Part shown: positions 13,625-25,012 of the stretch, piece by piece | Position numbering within the stretch: the stretch's first letter is position 1 | Layout: the number at the start of each line of letters is the position of its first letter | Assembly (NCBI GenBank): GCA_030390025.1 | Contig: CM059429.1 | Location: 156,116,001-156,180,000, forward strand | DNA length: 64,000 nucleotides | Direction: 5' to 3' | DNA from: Squalus acanthias | Taxonomy: Eukaryota | Program-made: the position numbers and the translations under genes | Notes under the pieces: generated by a model | Databases searched by the model: none | Seen by the model: only the letters and a program-made list of their open reading frames with translations | What the model was told of the DNA's origin: nothing

Positions 13625-13985
13625 TGGAGGTCTTTCATTTCTTGGACCAGGTTCAAATCTAGCCCAGACTGAGGGATGAAAATCTGCTCTGTCTGCTAGT
13701 TGTGGGTGACCTGTGTGGAATGAGTTTGGGCAGCCTCAATCCAATTTCTAGTGGGCACTGGACTCCAGCACAAAATTATCCTTAATTCGGCACTAATATG
13801 CAATGTCAGTCTGGAAGGCCACATGGGTGCTCATTTGAGGCTGGGACTGAGGCATGCTATTGGGTCAGAGTAGGAAGAGCTTTACTCTGCATTTGGGAGT
13901 GCTTAATGGTGACATTGGGTACCTGAAATGGGAAAGTTCCATTCCCCAACACTGACATCCCTTAACCTTGATGAGCACATAAAAA
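13625..13985 (+). mobile_element. LF-SINE-like ancient SINE (second copy ~51700-52090, minus)
   Basis: ggttcaaatctagcccag...gaatgagtttgg...ctagtgg...ggcactaat resembles the LF-SINE consensus as I recall it; repeated in the window. Confidence 0.5.
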
Positions 13986-14039
13986 ACAAAATGTATGTTT
14001 GTTGATAGGAATGTTACACTGATTAAAAACAAATTCTAG

Positions 14040-14235
14040 GATAATGAAACAGAAAATGCTGTAAATACATAGCAGGATGATCTGCATCTCAAAGATAAAG
14101 GGGGGGTGGGGGGCCTTCATTAGAACTGAAATTGTAACATATCTTTCTCAGATATGACTGACCCCTCCCCTTGACCTGCTACGAAGTTCCAGCATTTTCT
14201 GTTCGTATTTCAGATTTGCAGTTTTCCTTTTTATC
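14040..14235. mobile_element. Degenerate Penelope-like inverted terminal remnant
   Basis: Inverted acagaaaatgctg / cagcattttctgt ends; similar to the segment at 22370-22450. Confidence 0.45.
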
Positions 14236-14859
14236 TTTGCCTTTGTAGAAATCCGTAAATGTCTGTAATATAAATGATTCAAAGCTTTTTTTTTCCAAAA
14301 AAGACAGTTGGATACACGATTACTAATCTCCGGCATTACAGGACAGTTTTCCAGACGTCTGGTTCAGTATGTTCCTGCAATGCTGACTGTCTTGTTAAAA
14401 CCTCTAATTAATCTGCAATATTTTCAAGATTTGAACTCCAGGGGAATTCCAGCAGCACAGTAATTAACACATCAACTTTCCAGTCACAGGTTTGAGTCAC
14501 AGTATGTATTTATACCAACGCAACATCAGAAGTCTCTTAATTAGTTTTTTTTAAATTAAGCAAAGCGCTTTGCTTACCATGGGCTATTTCTAGAAAGAGA
14601 TCTCTAGCAAATGTGATAGAGCCTCATGGCTGCACAATCCTAAATCATTGATTCTTAGTAAAAATATATTTTTAAATTACTGGAATATTATCATTCAATA
14701 AAGCTAAACTGGCAAAAGAATTGCTTAAAAAAAGTGATTTATAGTTAAATCTATTCCATAGCCTGGGGACGTTGAAACCTGCTGCAGCAAAATGCTAGAT
14801 AAGAATAGGGAGTCAGTCATATCATTATACCCCAGCAATGGTACATTAGTAAACATCAG

Positions 14860-17080
14860 CTATTTAGGACTGAGATGAGGAGAAATATCTTAACTCAGAG
14901 CGTTGTGAATCTTTAGAATTCTCTACCCCAGAGGGTTGTGGATGCTCAGTTGTTGAATATATTTTCAGACAGAGATCGATAGATTTTTGGGCACTAAGGG
15001 GATCAAGGGATATGGGGATCGGGCGGGAAAGTGGAGTTGAGGTCGACGATCAGCCATGATCTTATTGAATGGCTGAGCAGGCTCGAGGGGCCGTATGGCC
15101 TATTCCTGCTCCTATTTCTTATGTTCTTAACTCTCCTTACTGATGTACCATATCAATCTACCTGCTCTACACACCATCAATCTGTGTGCAAAATTACCTG
15201 GGTATCAAACAAATTCATACAAATTAGAAGTACTCCCTCTTGGTAGGCGCTTGACTGAAGCTACAAGTTTGAGAGTTCCCTTTAGGCAGACACTGGAAAA
15301 AATGAAATACCTTGGGAATCTTCCTTTTATCCCAATTGGAGACTGCCCAAAAAATGTTGAGGTTATAGAATCACAGACCTTTGTGGCACAGAAGGAGGCC
15401 AGTCCGCCATCGGTCCTCTGCATTGCTCACTGAGAAAGCTATTCAATAAGTCCCACTCTGTCGCCCTTTCCCGATACATTATTAAATTCTCATCTTTCAA
15501 ATATTTATCCCATCCCTTTTAAAAACTACTTTACATTCTGCTTCCACCGCTATCTCTGGTAGGCGATTCCACATACTAACAACCCTCTGCACAAACAAAT
15601 TATCCTAATCTGTCCCTTTGTTCTTTTGCTGATTTATGCCCTCTAGTTACTGACCAGTGGTAATAGTTCTTTCCTTATCAAAACCCCATATAATTTTGAA
15701 CACCTCCATCAGATTTCTACTTAACCTTCTTAGAATAAAGATCTTTCTTGAGACTACCAGCTTGTCTCTTAAGATAAATAGCACCAAAATGGCAGTTCTT
15801 GAATGAGTTTAAGAGTTTACTTCAGTTAGGTTGATAGTCTAGAGAAGCTGGGGTTGTTCTCCTTAGAGCAGAGAAGGTTGAGAGGGGATTTGATAGAGAT
15901 GTTCAAAATCATGAGGGGTCTAGACAGAGCAGATAGAGAGAAACTGTTCCCATTGGCGGAAGGGTTGAGAACCAGAGGGGACAGATTTAAGGTGATTGGC
16001 AGAAGAACCAAAGGCGACATGAGGAAAAACTTTTTTACGCAGCGAGTGGTTATGTTCTAGAATGCACTGCCCGAGAGGGTGGTGGAGGCAGACTCAATCA
16101 CAGCTTTCAAAAGGCAATTGGATAAGTACCTGAAGGAAAAAAATGTGCAGGACTATGGGGAAAGGGCGGGGGAGTGGGGCTAGCTTAAGTGCTCTTGCAG
16201 AGAGCCGGCATGGGCTCAACGGGCTGAATGGCCTCCTTCTGTGCTGTTTGCCCCTGAACTGCACCTAGCGTTGAAGAAAACCTGGGTGCAAAGCCCTCTG
16301 ACATTCATTGATATGAAATTTATATTGCTACGCCCTCTTTAGTTGTAGTCAAGTGGGACAACAGAAGTAGATCGAGAGGAGCAAAATGGAACTAAAGGAT
16401 ATAGTGCCCATTTTCTCTTTATGTTGCACCCATTTTTCGGGTGTTATTTCGGAGCAGGACAGAGAAAAATTGACCCTACAAGCTATTTCACCTTGTCCAG
16501 AACTGTAGGATCAGAGGACATGGCCTGCACTTAAAGGAGGGGTAAATTCAAAACGAATCTGCGAAAACAATATTTTAGTGAGTGAGTGGTCAATCTATGG
16601 ATCAGACTCCCTAGGGAGACGGTGGAAGCAGACAGTATTGATTCATTCAAATGCAAATTGGATAGATTTAGTTCAGAAAACAACATTTTGGGAGACAGTA
16701 CATGAGTAATTTGAGACGTGACCTGTGGTAAGTGTAGCATTCTTGGGAGGAACAGGTGACTTTGGACCTATGCTTCTCAAAACTCTCCACCACTGGGGTT
16801 TTTCTTGTGTAATTTCTGGGTCTGTTGTAGACTAATTGGTAGAGATTGATTGCTATGATTCGTCAACAACTCCATTATCATTGTATCATCCGACTTCCCG
16901 GTAGTTGCATGACAGAGGACTATAGAGTTACTAATAGTTCATGTGACGGGGTGGTAGGAAGATCCACAGAGATCTTGAATGAGGATGGCGTCCATGATTG
17001 TAGTCAGGCATGGACCGCGTGGAAGGAGTAGGTTTGTTGGGTTCAATGGACTTTTCTCGTTTCGAGATTTCTTATGGCCT
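14860..17080. mobile_element. Cluster of CR1 LINE 3' fragments (14860-15130 +, 15355-15730 -, 15825-16250 +, 16470-17080 +)
   Basis: ORF 15854-16060 FSLEQRRLRGDLIEMFKIM...FFTQRVV; CR1 3' tails. Confidence 0.8.
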
Positions 17081-17865
17081 TAAGCTATCTCTGAACTTCC
17101 AATTGGAAGATTTTTTTTATCTAATTGTTTTATGCACTTGTCTCACACCACAACATTTTTAAATAAACAATTTTAATACATTTCTACCATTTGCCTTTCT
17201 GCTAACTAAACAACCTGCTTTACACAGCATTAGAAAATTGCAATCAGCAGTTTCTTACTGAGTTGTGCAAGGTATAGCATTTCAAAATCAAATGAAAATT
17301 AATATTGTCTAAGCACAGAAGGGAATGGGGGGAGGCAGGAGGAACTGATATGCTGCTGTATAATTACAAACAAGGAGCTGCTGCAATGTGAAATACTGTG
17401 TGGATTGGCCTCTTTTTAAAAAAATTGATTATGAACGAAAATCAGTTGCTACATAACTTCTAAAAATGAACTCACATTAGTTTGTCAGTTTGAAAAGTCT
17501 TAAAAGGAAATTATATTGGCACCCCATCCACCACCTTAAACATTCACTCCCTCCACCACCAGCGTACCGTGGCTGCAGTGTGTCCATCTACAAGATGCAC
17601 TGCAGCAACTCGCCAAGGCTTCTTCGGCAGCACCTCCCAAACCCGTGACCTCTACCACCTAGAAGGACAAGTGTAGCAGGCGCATGGGAACACCACCACC
17701 ACCTCCAAGTTACACACCATCCTGACTTGGAAATATATCGCCGTTCCTTCATCGTCGCTGGGTCAGAATCCTGGAACTCCTTCCCTAATAGCACTGTGGC
17801 AGTACCTTCACCACACGGACTGCAGTGGTTCAAAAGGCGGCTCACCACCACCTTCTCAAGGGCAA

Positions 17866-18072
17866 ATGTGTGAAGTCGCACAACACCAGGTTATAGTCCA
17901 ACAGCTTTATTTGAAATCACAAGCTTTCGGAGCGCTGCTCCTTCGTCAGGTGATGAACGAGCAGCGCTCCGAAAGCTTGTGATTTCAAATAAAGCTGTTG
18001 GACTATAACCTGGTGTTGTGCGACTTCTCACATTTGTCCACCCCAGTCCAACACCGGCATCTCCACATCAGG
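17866..18072. mobile_element. Short palindromic Penelope-like insertion with 15-bp TSD
   Basis: TSD ccttctcaagggcaa at 17851-17865 and 18073-18087; inverted arms of ~80 bp. Confidence 0.85.
17917..17953 (-). ncRNA. Minimal type I hammerhead ribozyme (Penelope-type)
   Basis: UCAC-CUGACGA-A-GGAGC(AGC)GCUCC-GAAAGCUU-GUGA: intact core boxes, stem II and palindromic stem III. Confidence 0.75.
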
Positions 18073-18330
18073 CCTTCTCAAGGGCAATTAGGGATGTGCA
18101 ATAAATGCTGGCCTTGCCAGCGACGCCCACATCCCATCAATGAATTTAAAAAAATGCACAGCATCAGATCAGAAAGGTCATGGGGAAGAAATCCACTCTT
18201 GCCAGTTTATAGTAAGATTATAAATGCATTTTATAAACACGTTTATGATTTTGCTATATCTAGCCAAAGTGGAAATCTCCCCCATCCCATGTGTTAGAAA
18301 GCAACAAGCCTGACGTCTGTTCTCTCTTAC

Positions 18331-18452
18331 CTTTCATTGATACTCTCAGCACGAAGTGTGTACACCCTGTCGATGTGGGAGATGTGGAAAATAGGCTCAT
18401 CACCAGAAGGGTCTGTAGGCAATTTCACCAATACCTCATTCAGAAAGATAGG
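18331..18452 (-). CDS. ITSN1: ITSN1-L exon, PH domain
   Basis: [41 protein letters not shown]; 122 nt. Confidence 0.96.
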
Positions 18453-18899
18453 CTGCAGACATTACAGAAATGAAAAGGGTGTACATCAGCACAACACAAA
18501 ACCTCTTGGCAGCAGCATTGTTCATGCATGGGCTAATAACAGATCAATAAAATTCTATCGCATCACATAACTAGTGACCACTGAGTCTCTTCAAACTGCA
18601 GTTTTAATGTGTTATGCACCTGGATGTGGCACTTATTTTTGCACACCAGGAAGTAACAACAGAGTGACTGCTGCCAACGAACTGGAAGCTGTGCAGAAGC
18701 ATTCTGTGCATAAATGTTAACTTTCATAAGTCGATAGAAACACCAATTCAATTTTTTATTTTTATTTTCTTTTCGGCTCAGTTCGGCAGCGCATAAATGC
18801 TAATTCAACTCTTAATTTTTATTTTCTTCTCTTGACGTGGCTGAGCTCGGCAGCAGCGATCTCTTTTCCCCACTCCCTCCCCTTTCTCATCAATCTGTG

Positions 18900-19600
18900 G
18901 GAAGTCCAGCGAGAACAACCCAAAGACCACTGGAATTGCGCAGGTGGAACTACTTTACTTCGTTGGCAGCAGTCGCGTCCAATAAAAAAATACAGACAAT
19001 GGGTACGATTTGCAAATAGCACCCAAAATGGGTGAGAAGTCGGCAGAGCGGCTGTTCCACCCACCTGTTCGTGGCGGCATGAGGCCAGAGTTGTTTTTTG
19101 GAGGTCCGGACCTCATTAACATGCCAAAAAATTGCTGGAGAAGTGCACTAAGGTGGGAAAAAGGTAGTCTGCCGGTTGGGCCGGGGGGGAGTCTGCCGGT
19201 TGGGGAGTCTGCTGGTTGGGCCGGGGGGAGTCTGCCGGTTGGGCCGCGGGGGGAGTCTGCCGGTTGGGCCGGGGGAGTCTGCTGGTTGGGCCGGGGGAAG
19301 TGGTGTTGCTCACACAGGCCGCTGCAGGCCACAATTCTTTTTGATGGCCCAGGAGCGCTCCTCTCGGCACCCAAAAAAATATGAAAAGTTTCAGTTGCGT
19401 GAGCGATCACCAATGGTCCCTTTAACACCCACTGGTTAGGCTGCTCAACACCTGGTACAAAAGGGTTTGCATATTTAAGCAGCCTATCGCCCGTTACATC
19501 ATTAATGGGCATTAATGTGGCAGCTGAGGTGCCTCCTCCCAATTTTCAATTGCTGGCCGCACGAATTTCAAGTTGAGAAATTGGCAGCTGGCAATTGAAA
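18900..19600. repeat. GC-rich MITE-like insertion with G-rich minisatellite at ~19165-19298
   Basis: Repeated gtctgccggttgggccggggg(a) units of variable length; termini not resolved. Confidence 0.55.
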
Positions 19601-20169
19601 ATCGCCACCAATGAATCTATATAACTTAACACATCTTTTAGCGACCCACTCAAATCATTTCTATCCCCCTCTCCAATGCCCTAAGATTTGTGCTAAACTT
19701 ACATCTCACGATCCCTTGCTGAATCAGGAATCTGTCCATTTCTTATTTGATTTCTACAACCAAGTCTGGATTTACTCTGGCTCTTGAACCTTAAGCTGTA
19801 TATTCTTATATCACATTTAGAAGCAGCATATCCTCCATTACGGTGCAATGAACATTCCCACTTCTACCAACTTACTGAAATTTATTTTTCATTATTTTCT
19901 TGCAAATAATGGTGATGCCTAAAATTTGGGAGCCCAATCCTGTCCTCTCCAACATCCACACACACACACACTTTGTATCAGGGCTTGCTGCAAAACAAAT
20001 CCTTGCTGACTTTCTCCTCACTAGCTATGGAGATTAAGAACTGTAGGCACCCACCACAGCCATGGCTGAGATGAGATGACTCACCACAAACCAAGAATCG
20101 AACCTTGGGTCTTGCTGGTTTGTGCTGCTCAGTGCATCACCTTAAGGTGCTCTTACCTGCCGAGCCAAG

Positions 20170-20705
20170 ATTGCAAACATACGAACAATGACAGACAGGT
20201 AAAGACCCTCTGCTCCATCCAGCCTGTCCCACACAATTGCGATACCCACAATATATACATCCCCACCCCAAACCATGAGATCTCCTGGGAGAGGCAAAAA
20301 AAAACCAGATAAGTAACCCAGGCCCATTTGGGGGGGAAAAATCTGGGAAATTCCTCTCCGCCCCATCCAGCCGATCCAAACTAGTCCAGGAGATCACTCT
20401 GGCCCTGAATTCCCTGCAGTACCTACCTTCTGTAAGAGGTGATCTCCGCCCCAGCCAGAAACAGGCCCAGCTCTCGCTTGAAGGAATTCAGCGAATCCGC
20501 ATCCACCGCACGAGACGGCAGCCTGTTTCAGAGGTCCACTATTCTCTGGGAAAAGAACCACCTCCTGACATCTAACCTAGATGTGGCCTTGTACAACTTA
20601 AATTTGTGACCCCTGGCCCTCCCTAACAACTGAAACAAACTGTCAACTGGAACACAATCTATTCCCTTCATTATCTTATAAACCTCAATCAGATCACCCC
20701 CTAAC
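20170..20705 (-). mobile_element. CR1 LINE 3' fragment, distinct subfamily
   Basis: Minus strand reads RGDLIEVYKIMKG...RGHKFKL...FFSQRIV. Confidence 0.75.
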
Positions 20706-20776
20706 AAGTTACATGTTTTTTTCTGTTTATCTGTAAGAAAGATTACAACTTGGTTGAAATGCTAAATTTTACTTAC

Positions 20777-20989
20777 AGTCTTGTACATTTTGTACTGTAG
20801 GTTTGACTTAGGGCTGAAGACTTTGTCAGTTCCTGAGGAACCTAGTGGTTTAATGATCTGTGTCAGTAGCAGGAAGTCATTGAAGAGAAACCCATAAAGC
20901 TCCTTGTTACTCTTGGCTTTGTAAAGTTTACCACTGTGCAGGAACTTTCGAGGACCCAGGCAGTTTGTGACAGAATTAAAAACAAGTTG
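20777..20989 (-). CDS. ITSN1: ITSN1-L exon, PH domain
   Basis: [26 protein letters not shown]...QYKMYKT; 213 nt. Confidence 0.96.
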
Positions 20990-21789
20990 CTGCAATAAAA
21001 AGGAAACAACGGCAATTACCTTTAAAAAGAATTATACATGCATCAGGGCACTGAAAAATATAAATTTACAAGCAAAAGTCCATTGGCTGAAATCTATACT
21101 GTAGCGCACTCTAACCTTAAAGACCTTGATCACTGATGTATGACCGATAGCACAAATCCTAAACCTGGACATTTGAGTAACACGGTTTCCTGTGGCATGG
21201 ACTTTTGTCAGACATATCATTTCAAAAGGACAGTATACTTTTCCTTACACATGAATATGACTTTAAAGCTTTTCTCGGCATTGTATGATTGAAGCATAAC
21301 TACTTCAGCCTGTTAACTTGATCTTTCCCCTCAGGTATAAATAAAACGCTAAAGTGCGAAGTTAGTTATTCTTATGGCCCCAAATTGGATGATTGCATTC
21401 CTGAGAATGGTGAGCTTTTTTTTTATATTCGTTTATGGGATGTGGGCGTCACTGGCAAGGCCAGCATTTATTGCCCATCCCTAGTTGCCCTCGAGGTGGT
21501 GGTGGTGAGCCGCCTTCTTGAACCGTTGCAGTCCGTGTGGTGAAGGTACTCCCACAGCGCTGTTAGGGAGGGAGTTCCAGGATTTTGACCCAGCGACGAT
21601 GAAGGATCGGCCGATATACTTCCAAGTCAGGATGGTGTGTGACTTGGAGGGGAACTTGGAGGTGGTGGTGTTCCCATGCGCCTGCTGCCCTTGTCCTTCT
21701 ATGATGTGGAGATGCCGGTGTTGGACTGGGGTGGACAAATGTGAGAAGTCGCACAACACCAGGTTATAGTCCAACAGCTTTATTTGAAA

Positions 21790-21826
21790 TCACAAGCTTT
21801 CGGAGCGCTGCTCCTTCGTCAGGTGA
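21790..21826 (-). ncRNA. Minimal type I hammerhead ribozyme
   Basis: UCAC CUGACGA AGGAGC AGC GCUCC GAAAGCUU GUGA. Confidence 0.75.
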
Positions 21827-22626
21827 AGTGAAGAGATACATATAGTCACAGCATATATAGTCAGAGAACACTGCCAGATGATTACAGTTAATCTATCTAA
21901 CTGCCCTTTATCACACCTCGGCAGAGAGATAATCACGGCAATCAAAGGTGTGGATGGTGTCCAAACAGGTCAGTCAGGAAAACATTACATCAAAGACAAT
22001 GTGGCAGATGCTGGGGTCTGTATAGAAAACAAAAAACTTGTTTTGCTGAAAATCACAGCAGGTCCGGCCGCATCTGTGTAGAGAGAACAAGCCATTGACG
22101 ACTCGAGTCTGGATGACTCTACGTCAGGTGGGGTTACATGTAGCGTGACATGAACCCAAGATCCTGGTTGAGGCCGTCCTCATGGGTGCGGAACTTGGCT
22201 ATCAGTTTCTGCTCGACACAATACAACGCAAAATCGTCGAGCAGAAACTGATAGCCAAGTTCTGCACCCATGAGGACTGCCTCAACCGGGATCTTGGGTT
22301 CATGTCACGCTACATGTAACCCCACCTGACGTAGAGTCATCCAGACTCGAGTCGTCGTTGGCTTGTTCTCTCTACACAGATGCGGCCGGACCTGCTGTGA
22401 TTTTCAGCAAAAAAAGTTTTTTGTTTTCCATACAGACCCCAGCATCTGCCACATTGTCTTTGATGTAATGTTTTCCTGACTGACCTGTTTGGACACCATC
22501 CACACCTTTGATTGCCGTGATTATCTCTCTGCCGAGGTGTGATAAAGGGCAGTTGGAAAGATTAACTGTAATCATCTGGCAGTGTTCTCTGACTATATAT
22601 GCTGTGCCTATATGCATCTCTTCACT

Positions 22627-22663
22627 TCACCTGATGAAGGAGCAGCGCTCCGAAAGCTTGTGA
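22627..22663 (+). ncRNA. Minimal type I hammerhead ribozyme
   Basis: UCAC CUGAUGA AGGAGC AGC GCUCC GAAAGCUU GUGA. Confidence 0.78.
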
Positions 22664-23783
22664 TTTCAAATAAAGCTGTTGGACTATAACCTGGTGTTGT
22701 GCGACTTCTCACACTTGTCCTTCTAGGTGGAAGAGGTCGTGGGTTTGGGAGGTGCTGCCGAAGAAGCCTTGGCGAGTTGCTGCGGTGCATCTTGTAGATG
22801 GTACACACTGTAAGCCACGGTGCGTCGGTGGTGGAGGGAGTGAATGTTTAAGGTGGTGGATGGGGTGCCAATCAAGCGGGCTGCTTTGTCCTGGATGGTG
22901 TCGAGCTTCTTGAGTGTTGTTGGAGCTGCACTCATCCAGGCAAGAGCTAAACCCCTGATTGACAGGTGGAGGAGTTAATCTGTTCATCGATGACAGGTCT
23001 ATTGTGGGGGTGTCTGCTTCATCTTCACAGCGACCTTTTCACTGTAACAGGTTGCTTTTTAATTGTTTCTTTTATGCAGTAAATAACTCAGAGTATTCAC
23101 TGCAGTCTTTCACTGTCCTCGGTTAAATGCTGCCTTGATGTTCTTACCCCTCCTCTGGCATTCAGCTCTTGCACCGAAGTCTGATCCCTGGAGAACTCGA
23201 ACAGAGAATCAGTTAGCAGGTTATTGGTGAGTAGGTGTCACTTGATGACTCCTTCCATCACTTTACTGATGATTGGGAAGAGGTTGATAGGGCGCTAATT
23301 GGCCTAGATAAATTTATCTTGTTTTTTTGTGGATAGGATGTACGTGGACAATGTTCTACATTAACATATAGATGCCAGTGTCACAGCTGTACTTAACATA
23401 AGGATGAGATTTAAAATCTGACATTATTTAATACATTCAGTATATAGGAACAGGAGTAGACCATTGAGCCCCTCGTGCCTGTTCTGCCATTCAATGAGAT
23501 CATGGCTGATCTGCAATCCCATATCCCTTAATACCTTTGGTTAACAAAAAGCTATCAATCTCCAATTTAAAATTAACAATTGATCCAGCATCAATTGCCG
23601 TTTGCGGAAGAGAGTTCCAAACTTCTACCACCCTTTGTGTGTTGAAGTATTTCTAATTTCACTCCTGAAAGTATAACAAACACATTGAAATCCCACATAA
23701 TGCATTACTCTAGCACATACTGCTGTCAAAATATCAAATATGTACGTGAGACAATAGGGTCCAATTAGTTCCCAAGACTTCCA

Positions 23784-24591
23784 GGGGGAAAATTTCGGTT
23801 GGTTAGCGCCTCCGGGGGGCGCTAACGGGGCGCTAGGAACTTAGCACCCGAGCGAGCCGATTTTAGTGCCGCTCGCGAAATTGACCAGTCATTTTGCAGT
23901 GGCGCTAAATACTACCGCCACGATCTCCTGCGCCCGCAGATCGTGACGTCAGTCGAGTGTCCAATGCCCCAGTAGCGCCCCGGACCGGATATTGAGTCGT
24001 GCCCGCTGCCTTAGCGCCTGCCGCTAGGAACAACAGGTAGAGGGGAACGTTTTCAGGTTGGGAAGGGGCTGGGGGAGCGCTATTTAAAGGCGGGCACTTC
24101 CTGCCTTTTCTTGTCGGCAAAATTTTTGGTACACGCAGGTTGAGAGGGAGAGAGACGTCTGGAGAGATTTAACACTGTCCTAAGGAGTTCTGGCCCTCAG
24201 CACCACTTTTGAGGTTCTTAAGCGCCGAGCTCTTACCCTGGGCCTATCCATTAGTGCTTCCAACACAATTGCTTTATAGGTCTCTCCAGGCCGAGATTCA
24301 AGGCTGCAATGAGCAAGGTGTGGCTGGCCAGCAAGATGGCCCCTCCCCTTTAAGAACTGGACGGCGCCAGTCTGTCTGGCTTTCACGGTAACTGACATCG
24401 CCTGAGCTTCGGTAGTGTTCTGAGGTAGCGCCTCGCTCCCAGACGTTTGCGCCTTAAGAGAGGTGTGTAGCGCCTGATTTAGTGCTCAAATCACCTTCAG
24501 GGGCGATAGTGGTGAATTTTGCAGTTGGAGGTGATAATTAGCGCCGGGCACTAAACTTTTCGCCTGGCCGATATTACCCAATTTTTCCCCT
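23784..24591. mobile_element. GC-rich non-autonomous DNA transposon (PIF/Harbinger-like MITE)
   Basis: Ends gggggaaaattt and aatttttcccct; apparent 3-bp TSD cca; many agcgcc motifs. Confidence 0.65.
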
Positions 24592-24844
24592 CCAATATTT
24601 GGCATTGTAATCCAAAATGGCACAAGGTATTTAGAAATCCCCCCAAAACTACAAAAAAACATAAAATTTCATAACAAATATTATTTTAATCCCATATAAA
24701 CTTAGTTATTTTTAATTTGTAAAATATGGCCTTTGCTTTCATCAAAAGATTTTAATACTTCACATAGCATTGCTACAATTGTAGGATCATCAAGGTTCAA
24801 TCATTTGCAGACATGACACATTTTGGCTACTTTCACTACCTTAC

Positions 24845-25012
24845 CTCAGATAAACCTTCACATTGCACATGTGTCTGGATCCACTCCAGCCTGTCAGAAT
24901 TTTCCTTTTCTCGCACACCCTCATTCACCTGAGAACACAGTTCCTCGGCCTTTTCAAGCGCCTGTTTCAAGTGGCTAAAATCAGGATGATTTTCTGGGGT
25001 GTTTTCCAGAAT
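24845..25012 (-). CDS. ITSN1: ITSN1-L exon, DH C-terminus
   Basis: [56 protein letters not shown]; 168 nt. Confidence 0.96.

Larger units (their letters stand above)
17516..18152 (+). mobile_element. CR1/L2-group LINE 3' end, host of a Penelope insertion
   Basis: TLNIHSLHH...KMHCSNSPRLLRQHLP...SWNSLP reading; tail caataaatgctggccttgccagcgacgcccacatccc plus A-run. Confidence 0.75.
21702..22713. mobile_element. Penelope-like element: ~1-kb palindrome with GIY-YIG C-terminus and 12-bp TSD
   Basis: Arms ~21733-22217 and 22236-22720, 18-nt spacer; TSD cttgtccttcta at 21690-21701 and 22714-22725; 22215-22319 encodes DTIQRKIVEQKLIAKFCTHEDCLNRDLGFMSRYM*. Confidence 0.88.
21418..22942 (-). mobile_element. 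CR1/L2-group LINE 3' end, same family as 17516-18152, host of a Penelope insertion
   Basis: LKKLDTIQDKAARLIG...TLNIHSLHHRR and SFIVAGSKSWNSLP; same tail with polyA. Confidence 0.8.

Noticed and set aside
17950-17982. Fourth hammerhead on the plus strand
   Set aside because: Core truncated at the inversion junction (GUGAUGA rather than CUGAUGA), stem I missing and stem II mismatched.
18955-19542. 195-aa Pro-rich ORF and overlapping ORFs
   Set aside because: Produced by the GC-rich minisatellite and MITE; open in several frames, with no domain or splice support.
21878-22617. Two near-identical ORFs on opposite strands (MITVNLSNCPLSHLG...)
   Set aside because: Mirror images from the Penelope palindrome, antisense to the element's coding frame.
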